Shown piece by piece: positions 36,401 to 47,230 of a stretch of 64,000 nucleotides of DNA (its first letter is position 1; each line of letters begins with the position of its first letter). Source of the DNA: Raillietiella orientalis (Eukaryota); assembly GCA_036172245.1 (NCBI GenBank), contig JAYWIR010000003.1:7130001-7194000 (forward strand). Direction: 5' to 3'. The notes under the pieces were generated by a model, which worked only from the letters and a program-made list of their open reading frames with translations, was not told the origin of the DNA and did not search any database. The position numbers and the translations under genes are program-made.

Positions 36401-39301
36401 GGCAACCGGGAGTCCATATCACCCGCAGCGCGGGAGCCGATTCCTCCCGGAGACTTCGCGCGCAGGAAAGGGAAAGAGTTAACGCTCCTACCTTTTCGCA
36501 GCCTGATTCCTCATCAGGAAGGAAGAGAGGTGCCTTCTTCCCTTCCTGATGGGAGAAGCAGCATGGAGCGGCGAGGTGGCATGGGGTTGTATGTGTGAAG
36601 TGTGGGTGGGATGGGGGGCAACAATAGATGTTTGACGGCGATGGGGGTGATAGGAAGACGAGTTTACGGATGAGGAAGCCAAGGTCCTCAAGAAGGTCTC
36701 AACTCCCTCACCTCTCTCTGGGAGGCTCGATGACGTCTAAGAGATCGGCCCTCTCCGACTGCAGCGCTTGTCCTGCCTTCACTGGTGCCGATCGCGCTCC
36801 CGTGGCATCGCTGACATGGTGCTAGGATTAATAGAATTGCAGTAATGAGGATTGATCATGGGAGGAGGGGGGTTTGGGAGTGCAGCTGAGCATGCGGTGT
36901 AAGGATGAGAAAAATGGGAAGAGGAAGCGGAAGTGGGACAGAGAAGGAAAGAGAACCCCTATTGCGGGTGGGGTGCTCTTGTCGACTGGAGGAGCTGGCG
37001 ACAGTGGAGACAGAGCATGCTGTTGTCTGGCAGAAGTGCCGCGGAGGCTGAGAAGGAACCAGAGCCAAAAATCGACGAGGCAACCGTAGCCTGGGGTTGC
37101 AGATGGTCTCTCCCTTGGCTTGTTCACGGCTCCAGCTTCGAAGGATCAGTTCCTCTCCTTCGCATCCGAGGGCTTGTGACCCGCATGCCTAGGTCCACAG
37201 TGTAAAGCTGGGAAAGCAGGAACTTTGTTCTTTGTGGTGGCCGAGCTTCGGTCAGCATCCTCAGGAAGGAGGCCTCTGAGAACTCGTGCGCCACACAAGG
37301 GGTCAAACTCAGATGCGGACGCAGCTGAGAGGGTCGGCCACCACCCTTGCACCGTTCTTGGAGAGCCATTCTGCCACTCCATCCCCGCGAAGAGAAGAAA
37401 AGGCTGCCGCACGGTAGATGCTCCACTGCCACGCGGGGTTTCCCTGGACCCCTTCGGCTGTGCGGCCCTTCTCCCAACAGCGAGTTGGCACCCCACCGCT
37501 CATCTCGCCATCCTACTTCCTCGGATAGAACGGTTGTCCTTCCAACCACGCGGAATCAGTTCCTCAACTCCTCACCTAGGAACCAATGCTAAGGATGAGA
37601 GGTGCGCGCTCCACCCGACCACGTTGGCGGGGAAGGCATCTCCAGCTGGCATCGATGCCGAGAAACTGCATCCAGGACCACAGCTAGGGTCGCAGTAACG
37701 AGTGCAAGTGTGGCCGTAAGGAGGCGCCCGCCCCACGGGCACCTATCTAATCTCGGAATGAGTCATCGCGCATTCCACTGCCACGGAAACTCGGACAGCT
37801 GGTTCCTGGCAGCGTCTCTCAAGCGGCGGAGCAGAGAGATAACTCGATTTGGAGATCTCTCCGGTTGCCCTGGGAGATAAGGAGTCCAGACGGCCCTGCG
37901 ATCAGCATCTTGACGCGTCGCCCGCGCAGGAGATGAAGCAGAGAGCTGGTGGTTCTCAAGGAATCCAAGGAGGAGGGGACCCGCAGCCCTCTGCTCTGCT
38001 CTCCCGGGCAGAAGGACTCTCCGGAGCCAGAAGCGCGTCAAGGCGGCGCAGGGAAGGAGGCGTAGGCGCAGCAGGAGCGCGCGTACGCTGAAGTGCTACA
38101 TCTTGCTCCAGGAGCGACGCAGGAGGTCGCGCAGAGCGACCCGCGGTCCATGTCTGCGGCGGCTGACGGACATCAGCGGCGGCCTTCCATAGGCGGTCCA
38201 ACAACATCGTGTGGAAGACGGGAGAGAGTTCCCTGCCAACCCTCCCTTCCGAAATAGGGCGTCCTCGAGATCCCCTAAGCAGCGTCCCTCCTCTCTCTCT
38301 TTCTCTTCCCGCGATGCTGGAGGCTGGGAACGATGCCTTCCCTCATGATCGCCGATCCACCGCTCCAGGATCTCCCTGCGGTCCGCGATGGCTCCTTCCA
38401 GCTTCGCGCTGGGGATTTCCGCCCACGGAACTCCCCGGGTTGGACTCTGGATGATCCCGACTCGCGGATCTGCCCCTTGTCGGGAGAGGGGATGACCCCT
38501 GGCCGTGCCCCCTTCTTCTCGGCTCCAGAGCAGCTTCCTCGGCATCCGTGGGGAACAGGGCAGCTCTTCGCTCCTTCCCTACGATTTCGCGTGCCCATCC
38601 CAACCCTTTTGGGCGGCTGCCGCGCCTCCTCGGACTTCTCGATTGTTCGGAGGTCTCATGGTAGATGGCAATCAAGTACTGCTCCTCGAAATGGGGGAGG
38701 CAGTAGGGCGTCTCGCAACCCCGGCACCGCGTGGGAGCGAGCGAGGACTCGCCTCTCGCCCGGAATCGACTGCAGGAGAAACAGGCTGTCGGGTCTCTCC
38801 GAGACACTGTGGGTAGCCGCGCGTCCTGAGGTTCGAGGTCTCGAGTCCGAAACATGAGCTCCTCCCCTTGAGTCCATGCCTTTTCCAGATCCCCTTCCCG
38901 CCCCAACGAGATCGTTCTGCTGCGCTTTCCTGCGAACCAGGGTTTCATCTGAGCAGTATCCCTCCTCCTCCCGACAGGGAGGCGGCAACCGCTTCCCGGA
39001 AAGGTGAAGGAAGGAAAGTCGCCGCCGAGCGGGGAGCCGAGTTCGCCCCCCAAGGCCAAATCCCGCACGGCCTTCCTCCCCTTGGGAGCGGGAGCGGGAG
39101 GGAAGCTCCTGTGGCCGCCCCACATGACCTCTCTTTTTCCAGGGCTTTTTCCAACGTCCCCCACTCTGCCCCGGGGAAATCTACGACGACCTCGTGGCGG
39201 GATGCTGGAAGCTGGATGCGACGCGGAGGTCCGCATTCCACGAGATCCTGCCTTTCCTGCAGAAGAAGGTCCTGGGATTCGAGCCGGAGATCCCGGAGTG
39301 A
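21346..39301 (+). CDS. Ddr: Discoidin domain receptor tyrosine kinase (DDR family), 16 exons, 931 aa; DFG replaced by NFG
   Basis: Exons 21346-21445, 23439-23544, 26285-26516, 28216-28363, 29073-29249, 29303-29427, 29480-29714, 29786-29941, 30009-30190, 30438-30591, 30637-30926, 30989-31341, 32693-32779, 33442-33583, 35055-35204, 39143-39301. All introns are GT-AG and phases match; total 2796 nt. Motifs: signal peptide; CDEPLGMESGRITDEDITASS, GGAWCP, TQGRYGNG, RVELHGC (discoidin); TM helix; LGEGSFGE, AAVK, HRDLAARNC, YEEDYY, VRWASPE, DIWSFAVTFWE. The exon 7 donor (29714 vs 29711) is slightly ambiguous. Confidence 0.93.
23439..23544 (+). CDS. Ddr: DDR exon 2 (discoidin domain start)
   Basis: ttgcag| (E)HCDEPLGMESGRITDEDITASSYYDWTSVGPRNG(R) |gtag. 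Confidence 0.92.
26285..26516 (+). CDS. Ddr: DDR exon 3 (discoidin domain)
   Basis: LNSEKFGGAWCPKERISEVAYEYLQVDLHGLFVVTAVSTQGRYGNGMGLEYMEQYSIEY...GIK |gtgag. Confidence 0.95.
28216..28363 (+). CDS. Ddr: DDR exon 4 (discoidin domain end)
   Basis: LLEGNADTTSVRTNRLDHPLIASAVRVVPYSKHGRTVCTRVELHGCSFP. Confidence 0.93.
29073..29249 (+). CDS. Ddr: DDR exon 5 (DS-like domain)
   Basis: DGVLSYDIPQG...DSTYDG...LYGGIGKLLDGHVG. Confidence 0.92.
29303..29427 (+). CDS. Ddr: DDR exon 6 (DS-like domain)
   Basis: LRWVAWERTQEPLVLVFHFDSPRRLLSATFHVNVRPELGIQ. Confidence 0.9.
29480..29714 (+). CDS. Ddr: DDR exon 7 (DS-like domain end)
   Basis: AFQKARVF...HNVTIPLGGRVGRTVELELYPTSRWTMISEVFFSS. Confidence 0.88.
29786..29941 (+). 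CDS. Ddr: DDR exon 8 (extracellular juxtamembrane, poly-Ala)
   Basis: tccag| phase-1 exon AIGEDGVAFAAAAAASEVDV...ILLLEK G|gtgag; phases fit both neighbours. Confidence 0.7.
30009..30190 (+). CDS. Ddr: DDR exon 9 (transmembrane helix)
   Basis: YMGVVIGCLAAVALITSATVYCVVL followed by RNQK. Confidence 0.9.
30438..30591 (+). CDS. Ddr: DDR exon 10 (cytoplasmic juxtamembrane)
   Basis: VTCDDAEDRVVVKGSCCYVNRIYETP...GGK G|gtgag. Confidence 0.78.
30637..30926 (+). CDS. Ddr: DDR exon 11 (juxtamembrane and Gly-rich loop)
   Basis: FPSDHEYVSPE...VRVVGRLGEGSFGE |gtggg. Confidence 0.9.
30989..31341 (+). CDS. Ddr: DDR exon 12 (kinase N-lobe)
   Basis: IYLCEL...AAVK...AFREELRVL...NPNVVQVYGAICREEPSAIVYEYPGSGDLKQFL |gtatgt. 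Confidence 0.92.
32693..32779 (+). CDS. Ddr: DDR exon 13 (catalytic loop)
   Basis: LLLYLVSEVAAGMKHLESLNIVHRDLAA(R). Confidence 0.93.
33192..33383. repeat. Polypyrimidine tandem array (57-bp unit x2, then a roughly 23-bp unit x3) in DDR intron 13
   Basis: Almost pure C/T; the 57-bp period shows as the repeated SFPPPPPSFFFLPLSSSSS translation. Confidence 0.9.
33442..33583 (+). CDS. Ddr: DDR exon 14 (activation loop, NFG)
   Basis: NCYVTSKLTVKIANFGLVKGLYEEDYYDVGGGRYIAVRWASPEAALQ. Confidence 0.94.
35055..35204 (+). CDS. Ddr: DDR exon 15 (kinase C-lobe)
   Basis: DAYSTKGDIWSFAVTFWEVLTLGRVTPYESWTNEEVLQNI. Confidence 0.93.
37150..37420 (+). mobile_element. Decayed CR1-like LINE fragment (post-RT region)
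   Basis: APHKGSNSDADAAERVGHHPCTVL...IPAKRR resembles the CR1 consensus WSPH..DIDALERVQRRATK...PYEERL; by eye only. Confidence 0.35.
39143..39301 (+). CDS. Ddr: DDR exon 16 (kinase C-terminus, stop)
   Basis: ttttccag| GFFQRPPLCPGEIYDDLVAGCWKLDATRRSAFHEILPFLQKKVLGFEPEIPE*. Confidence 0.9.
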   Translation, partial: GFFQRPPLCPGEIYDDLVAGCWKLDATRRSAFHEILPFLQKKVLGFEPEIPE

Positions 39302-39434
39302 CGGCGTCCCGGAGTCACGACCCCCGCGGCGCTTACTGCGATGGTTGCTGGAGGCGGAGAGAGCAGGGCATAGCGCCCTTGCCCCCTTCCTCCCCGCACA
39401 CGCCACGTCGGCGCCCTCTGCGGCGCTCTCGAAG

Positions 39435-39440
39435 AATAAA
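39435..39440 (+). terminator. Candidate polyadenylation signal of DDR
   Basis: AATAAA about 135 nt after the TGA, in GC-rich sequence where the hexamer is rare. Confidence 0.55.
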
Positions 39441-42400
39441 CGGCAGGGCGAGACTGTCGCATCGACGATGGGGCGGAAGAGCGGGGATAGAGGTGGGGTT
39501 CCTACATTTTCCGCGGAGGAACAGGCACCTCCCCAGCATCCCGGTGGCAGCACCAGGGTCGCTGATCCCCTCAAGCCCTGACCGGGAGGGTGCGAACGCT
39601 ACAACTCGCCCGTTCCAGGAACTTCCGAGAGGTCTTCCTCTTCTTCCGGCGCTTCTTGCCAGGCTCCGCCCTCCCAAGCGCTCGCTGACGGATTGGGCCA
39701 AGAACGCCGGTATGCCCGTAGACCCAGGAAGCTGGGGTCGCGCGGGAACGGAGCACCAGCGAGCAACCCTTCTCACCCCCGCCTTTGGCCCCTCCTTCTG
39801 CTCGCCTCCCTACTGGACTTTGCGCCCGAGGCGACGCCGCAGACCGCCATCGCGACCTACGCACCAGTAACGTGGAAAGATGGCGGCACTTCAGGATGTC
39901 TTCCGCGTGTCTTCCGTGCGCCATCGCGGGAGCAGGGCAGAGTTTCCAGTGATTCCTCCGTAGCGAGAACGCGGTTTCCAGAGATCCCTGAGACACGAGC
40001 AGAACCCTGCGGCTGCCGCGCCCTCATCGAACCGTGGCGGGACGCTCGGGGAGTGGCCCCTGGGCTGCTACGAGGAGGGCAGGAGCTCGACCGACGGATG
40101 TTTCCGGCTCTTCGGCCAGAAACCCGTCCTCATGTCGCGGCGTGCGGATCGTCTCCAAGGCACGGGACTCCGTAGCAACCCAGGAGGGAGGAACGCTCTC
40201 CCGAGAGAAAAGTCCTGGCTTAGAAGATGTTCGGGACCGAAACACTCGCAATGACATGCGTCCCTGTCGTCCTCCTGAGTGGAACGTGTCCGCCGACCGG
40301 GACGCCCGGGGACGAGGCCGGGTTTCGGAGTAGCGAGGTTGCACCCACTTGGGAGCAGCATCGCGTCCAGGCGTCCTTGGACCCTCGGCAAGAGTTTTCG
40401 CATGGAGCCGTAGCCCTCCCAAAACCGCCTGCTCTTCATCAGGGTAGAGTCACCGGGAGTCACACCCCGATACGACTGGAGCATCCCCCCCCTCTCTGCC
40501 CCTTCTTTTGGCGCGCTCCCGAAGTTGCGGTGTTGCCGATCGTGCCATCAGGTAGACAGTGGGTTCATCCTGCAAAGTCTCTGTTCACTGGTGGAAGCTG
40601 CGCGACTGGACCCGCACTCACCCCGTAGCTACAGCTTGCTCTCTCGAGATCCGGGTATGCAGGCTTCAGAGCGGTGTCGCCCGAGGAGGGAACGCCCTGT
40701 TTGGGGCATTCGGGAAGCGGGTGGCCGTTAGCGCTGCGTCCCGATCTCCCGACGAGAAGGCGGCGTTTCTAGTGAAACCTCTAGAGGTGCCCTTGCCCCT
40801 CTCCACCCGTGCCCTTTCTCGCCTGTAGGCGGCCGCTCGGGACATGTCGGGAGGACATGCTCAGGATGAACGCGTGGCCTGGAGAACGGGACCGGTGCTG
40901 CGGCTCCAAAGTACATCCGCAAAGGAAAAGAAGATAACCGGAAAAATTGAACGTGCGCGGTCGAGGACCGTTCCACGCTCCGTCAGCGCAGCTGCCGCTT
41001 GATGGCAAACGGATGCTGGATGCCCGCGTGACCGATGAGAACCGCCGTTCCTCAGAAAGCAGCTCTCAGGAACAGAAAGAATGGAAGCTTGCAAGCGAGG
41101 AGCAGAAACTCAGACCAGGTTTCACCTCACGGACACCAAGCTTGCGGCAACCAGAGCTGGAAGGAGGAATGGATGCAAGAGCACACTGTTTACGTCATAA
41201 GGCAAGCGTTCGTGATAAGGAGGAGGAGGAGGAAGGCGGGGGGAGAAGAAGAAGTCCTGGAAGACGTCTTTTTGAGGCTGTGCATTCTGGTTGCCTTACT
41301 CTCTGTAAACACACCTAGACCTCCATCTACAGCATGAAATGCACTGCCTCTGTTAAAAGAATGGTCCAAGTTCACTTGGAAGCATCTTTGAAGCAGGAAA
41401 TTCCAAAGACCCAACGCCCACAGGAGCAATAGGTTTGAGGCGAGGTCCCTCCAGCTGAACCAGCTGGATACCGCAGCTCCTCTTTACCGATTAAAATTCT
41501 TGCAGCGTTCCTCGTGCGGAGAAGCAGAAGCTCGGGCTGGGAAAATAGCCGCGAGCCAAGCTGCTGAGAAGCCGAATGGTGAACGAACGGTCGCTCCTCT
41601 TTCTTTTCGCGGCGCTCGGCGCAAAATCAGCGAGGAGGCTGTCGAGGATCCACGTGGACTGCTTGCCGGCGATAGGGGCTCCGGGCGCGAGGTGAAACGC
41701 TGAGGAGGACAGCGAGGGCTGCAACTTATTGGCTGATAAAATTCGCTGCCGAGTAATCCCGCAATGAAAAAGGAGCTTCCCAGAGGGCAGCATCTGATAT
41801 TCAGAGAGGCTCGAAACCTATCTGGAGAGCTGCAGCCTCCGCGATAAATCAGGCGCCTGTAGGGTCATGGAGGGCTTCTGTTTTACCGGGCATGGTGAGC
41901 GCACGTGATTGGGGTTTTAGTCGGTGCCAGCCGGGTTGATTTCTTCTCCTCCTTTCGACTGCTGAGGGTCATTTTTGCTGTTTCCCCCAGAACGAACGGG
42001 TGAGGAGTTCCCTGATTTAGAACAGGGGAAGGGGAGTCGTGACGTGTGTTGATGGAGTGCGACGACTGCTTGAGGTTCTCCTAGTCGACAGGAAAATTTT
42101 GGGCAGCGCGCAACTCTGTGGAGAGTCCCAGGAAAAGTTTGCACTGTGGGTGATGGTTTGGCGTCGCTTCGAAGAACGATTGCGAGTGGGTTTACGGTGA
42201 TGAGGTTCGGTATCGGATTACGGCCGATGTGGCTGCTGCCGAGGGTGCGGTTTATGCTGAGGACAACGATGGGTTCTTCTCTGCTGATCCTTGTAAGCCT
42301 TTCCCTTGTATGGACTGCATCCAATCTCCCTCCTAGCGCCATTTCCAACCCGAGCTTCTTTCCTTGGACGCCAGCAGCTCTTGTCGAGGGACCTTTAGCC

Positions 42401-42679
42401 ATCCGAGGAGCAGGGCGGCAGGGAATCATTCCAACCATCCTTCCGGTGGATAGTTCCTTTGCGTCAACCTGAGGGCATCCTGCGAGCAGCGGGGGTCACC
42501 CATCTCCGTCAGGATTTCGTCCCTAGGAGGAAGCCCGCACGCTGACCTTCCAGAGGTCATTATCTCGATGATGCCCCGGGCGGGTTCCTGATGGACGCAG
42601 AGTTTTTTCCTTGCTGGTCATGGCCCGACCGGGGCACGTGCTGGGCGCCGGTGCGTCCTCCATGCATGTCTCTTCGTCG

Positions 42680-42990
42680 GCCTGAAGCCCCAGGGTGCAA
42701 GGACCCCAACCTATGGAATGGGAAGGCTCGAGCGGCTGGGTTCGCCCAATACAGGGAAGCGGCTGAGGCGCGACTCGTATCATCTTCGAACAAGCTGCAG
42801 CAAGCTCTCCAGCCAGCACCTTTGCTTTCCTTCGGATGTAGAACATACAAGCTTCCCGAAACGTCCCTTTTTTTTGTTTCCGAGGAGAGGGTGTCGAGTT
42901 TCTCTGGTAACAAGGAACAGTTTGCCAGGATTGGACGTGATACGCCCGCTAGGAACTACAGAAGATGCCTTTGCTGAAGGTTCCAGCTAT
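42680..42990 (+). mobile_element. Decayed CR1-like LINE ORF2 C-terminus
   Basis: PGCKDP/YGMGRLERLGSPNTGKRLRRD resembles PGLRDLSYEERL.RLGLPTLE.RR.RGD; RNSLPG resembles WNSLP. Confidence 0.5.
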
Positions 42991-43449
42991 TACCATGGGA
43001 ACGGATGGGACAAGAATGGGAAGAGCAAAGGCATCCAATAACGTGCGTGGCCCGTGTGTGGCATTTCTTGGCGCAGACTTCTTCTGAGATCAAAGATTGC
43101 CTGCCTTTTTTTTTTTTAATTTTTTTATTTTACGGTAAATTACCTAGAGAACATCCTAGGTTGTGCGGCAGGGGGTCACAAAAATTGCCCAGTCATGGTG
43201 TGTCCGCCGAATCCAATTCCATCGACAGATTCAGCGAATGGGCCTTTGAGGAAGATATTTGGCGCCACGGACCCCGCAGGCGTGCACTTTGGGACTCATC
43301 TACTGAACCCCTCAGGAACGCGCTATGACTAACGAAAACATTCTTGTGAGTAGGAGAATGTACTTCGGAGAGTACGTTCAGGAGCTCGAATGGGTTCGGA
43401 CTGATTGGGAGCTTTTGTTCGAGGCATGCCTGGTCACGTTGTCTGGGAG

Positions 43450-43765
43450 ACATTACACAGTTTCTTTAGCTGCTGCTACCATGTGAAAGTGCGGACGCAA
43501 GTTTTCGATAAAGGTCGGTAGAATTCCAGTGGTCAGTAATGCCGTTAGTCTTTTCGTGTCTCGTTGCCTTTCGCTTCCCGGTCCCGTATCGCCCATCTGG
43601 GAGGCGATGCTTGCAGATTGCTGCCGTGTTCCCCGGAACTTTTTTCGAGGTCCAAGGTCATGCAGCGCCTTCGTTGCGGACGCGCTGACGTCGTGCATTG
43701 ATTTGCCCCAGTCGCCTCGACCTCCACGCCGACAGCCCTCGCGTTGTACAAGAAATTTGGCCATC
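43450..43765 (-). mobile_element. Decayed CR1-like LINE fragment
   Basis: DWGKSMHDVSASATKAL...RKKFR...ILPTFIENLRPHF resembles W..HI....SKA.RALG..RR.F...LY.TFVRPHLEY. Confidence 0.4.
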
Positions 43766-45559
43766 TTTCTTTTCGGCCATCATTGCTGAGAGGAAGGCAG
43801 CGAAAAATATCCGGGATCCTCCGACCACTGTTCTTATTGCATGCGGTCGAACGGAACCTCACGGATGGCTCGTAGAAGAGTCCAGAAATTCGTCTTGACG
43901 TCGACGGAGTTCTCGTTATCAAGATTTTGCCAAACTTCTCAGACAATTTGCAAGATTCGTGACGTTTCAGAAAATACAGACGAAACGCTATTCATCGAAA
44001 TGATAGTAAATTACACCACGAGTACGGAGTGATGAAGAAAGAACGTTAGTATGAAGCATTTCATCTGTACAGATAAAGATGCAATAAATATTCAGCTTGT
44101 GAAGATGCAACGAATACTCAGCCGAATTGAACTGGAAATAGGTATTCATGGTTCCGTTATGTAACACGAATATATTTAATTAATTGGCCACTGTTCCATC
44201 AGTGGGTCTCCTGGCATGCAATGTGGTTCAGAGCTGAGGCTCTTCTCCACTTTACGGACACCATAAATTTATACAAGTGCACAACACTGTACAACCCAAC
44301 AGGGGTCGGTGGAAATGGGATGAAAATATGCTTCCGTAGGAACGAGTGAGAACTGAACGAAGGGGGTAATTGAGATTTCTAACCTTTGACGTTTACATGC
44401 ACCATTTAATATGAAAAGGAAATGATAAGTTTGCTGACATTAAATTGAAAAATAATGGAAGTCATTGTGATAAGACAGAGGGGAGGGGGGCGGGGGCTGC
44501 TTGAAAGCGGTTGCACTTGAGACAGCTCATTGGATTATTAGAATTATCTTTTCGTTGATTTCATGAAACGGAACTGTGCAAGCTGGAATTTCTTGTTTGT
44601 GGAAGGGAGAGGGGAGATTCCTTGGTTGATGGGAAACCAATATGGCAGGGAAGCACGCACCGACTTCGAGATCCCATTGTGCCGTTAGCAGCACTTTCAC
44701 ATTTCGTGCTCCGTTCGTTTCGTGCACGTTTCAAAACCATTGATTGAAGTTGGCAGCATTTGGTTTTGGACGCCAGAAATTATCTGAACTGATGCCAAAG
44801 GTGAGACTGAACGCGAAAGTCGCCATCAGTATTTCTTATCTGTAACAAAACGAAAGGAAGTGTTCTGTGGTTTGCTGGCTTCGTACGTAGGCATCACAGA
44901 AAGGTGGTGATTGCATGTAAGACAGAGTCAGGTGCTCCGCTACAGTCGGTGAGGGAAAGAAGAGATGGGGAAGGGAACAACACCCCACGTTAGCAGTGGT
45001 GAGCCCGGAGTTGGGTTTCGCCATCAGTTGCCTCCGACCTGCTGGGTGATCCCTCCGGCTTCTCTTCGTCTTCTCCTTTTTTCGACTGATTGGTTTCGGG
45101 AACCTTTCGGGATCCTTTCGTGCATCTTTGTTGAGGTTTTGAATGACAGTGCATTTCCTCGAGGAAGGATGGGAGCAAGGAGACCGGGGGATGAAGTTTG
45201 GGTCTGTTTTGCAGCAGAATGAAACGAAAGCATTATCAGACACCCTGACTCGGATGAGCCAATAAGTGCAGCACTAATATGATGGAATTTTATTTGGGAT
45301 TGACAGTCGCAAATGATCTCTAGTTGTTCAGTTATTATGATGTGCTCATTTTTCTTCTGATAAAGATGTCATAATAGATACAATTGTGAGCTTCCAAGTA
45401 TCTATGATAGGGTCTTAGGTAAAAATTCTATCATACATATCTCTGCTTTTTAATAAGAAGTATTTAAGAACTACTACTTGAATTTAGTGGGAATCTCAGA
45501 ACAGAAGGATTGGAATGAAGGGCTGAGCAAAAGTTTGCTTAAAACATTCCGTCAAGATA

Positions 45560-46350
45560 TCTTCTCCCTATGATTAATACCACTTGGGGTCTGCTCGTGG
45601 ATGGAGGCTCAGCTGTGGGTTTTTGACTCTGCTGAGGTGCTTAGGTGGCACATTTAATTGGTAGCGTCGATGAAGGATGATTCTGTTGGTAAGGATGTCT
45701 TCTCCTGTGATGCTGGATTTAATGTTACAGTCACAAATCTGCAGTAGGTTTAGGCGGCGAGAACACTCTTTAGAGCTGTGTGCTGCTTGGCTGCGGGATA
45801 AGCGACGTGAGAAAATCAGGAAACGCCTCTCGCGCAGATGACAAATTCCTGTACAGTCAGCTACCTCCAGGGCAGTTGATTCCATAGGGAAGACTGTGAT
45901 CCGGAAATGAGGAAGAAAGTCACGTGAGGAACAGCAGAGTCGCGAAAGGTTCGAATGAATGCGGAATTTCGCGAGGTCAGTGTAGAATTAAGAAACTGCA
46001 AGCCTTGGAGGAGTTGCAGCAGCAGTCTCTTCGACCAGAAATCCTACACGATTCGAGTTCAGCTGGGCATGATCTTCACTGGCAAATCCATCTTTATCAG
46101 TTGGGAGAACCCTTTTGGCTCGGAATGAGTAGGCAATTAAAGTGGCTTTTTGACTGAGCTTCAAAGTGTGTTGGTGGTGCTACAGGCATCGTTAGAGGTG
46201 CCGAAGAAGTTTCCAAGAGTGCTGTATGTAAGTGAAGCGGAAAACTTTATCTTGGGTGCGATGGCGGCGGCCATGAGGAGCCACAGAAGGTAAGCACGCG
46301 GTGACGCAACTTTTAGACGATGGTACAGCTTGCTAACAAGTATTGATTAG
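45560..46350 (+). mobile_element. Decayed CR1-like LINE reverse transcriptase
   Basis: Colinear remnants across frameshifts and stops: SVDEG, LDL, AAWLRDKR, LQGS, ECGIS, WQIH, LVVL..SL, AENFILGAM, YSLL. The order follows the CR1 RT motifs. Confidence 0.45.
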
Positions 46351-46759
46351 TAAACATGAGTCTCAGTGTAACAGTAAATTTGGAACTGACGAAGGAGGGG
46401 CAATCTAGGAAGCATGTATGCAATGTTGATCTCACACATGGGTGAGGAACAGGAAGTAGGATCACTGCTGCAGTGTGCTCCACAGCTCAACTGGTTTCTT
46501 ATGACAGGTATACGTGCAATGGCTGTGACGTAGGGAGATATGAATTTATGCCAAAGTAAAAAGCTCGCAACATGACTGACACTGTGTACAATAACAAGAG
46601 CACTGATGCAAGTGAGTTGTGGTGTCTTCACTGAAGATCAATGAAACCAAAGGGCGAGAGTGACGGTTTTCATAAGGTGAGTTGGAGCTGGGTTTACCAT
46701 ACAATGTGGAGTATGAATACCGTGTGTTCGCTCTCTTATTTGCATCAGAATATGAATTT

Positions 46760-46765
46760 TTTATT
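46760..46765 (-). terminator. Candidate polyadenylation signal of the helicase-RBR gene
   Basis: TTTATT on + (AATAAA on -), about 280 nt past the stop; the region is AT-rich, so a chance match is possible. Confidence 0.35.
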
Positions 46766-47044
46766 TGCTGAAGGGTGGTTAGAGGCTTGCATATGTGAAG
46801 TGAGTTCAGGGGATTGAAAGTTATAATTTCATGACGGAGTGAATCCATGCCATTATGAGAAGCATAGTACATTGCACATTTTGTTATGAAGTGTGAAGTA
46901 CTCACAGTTGAGTAATAAATAACTAAAGAATCCGTTTATCAAAGACAACATGTTTCAGAATATGTGAAAAGAACGAAAACTTACAAATTTCTCCATAAGA
47001 AACTATAATTAATTCATGGAATCTGTGAAACCCAAATCTGTTTA

Positions 47045-47230
47045 CTACTGCCCTTTCTCACATTGGTGCATGTGCACTGATGACTCAGAATCAAAGCAGT
47101 GCATGCAATCCCAGCACAAAAATGTCTTACACTTGGTGCAATGCACACTTTTGCACCCACCAGTTTTCTCAATTGGGGAAGTGCAGTTTGAGCAAAATTT
47201 GTGACATAGTGGATTTTTACGCATCCATTC
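47045..47230 (-). CDS. Helicase-RBR exon 6 (RING2/Rcat, stop)
   Basis: ctgcag| EWMRKNPLCHKFCSNCTSPIEKTGGCKSVHCTKCKTFLCWDCMHCF...HMHQCEKGQ*. Confidence 0.92.
   Translation of the reverse strand, partial: EWMRKNPLCHKFCSNCTSPIEKTGGCKSVHCTKCKTFLCWDCMHCFDSESSVHMHQCEKGQ

Noticed and set aside
44792..46350. Possible + strand gene starting ATG CCA AAG|gtgag, with an AATAAA at 46914
   Set aside because: I could not build a consistent exon chain; the downstream coding-like sequence fits a decayed CR1 RT better.
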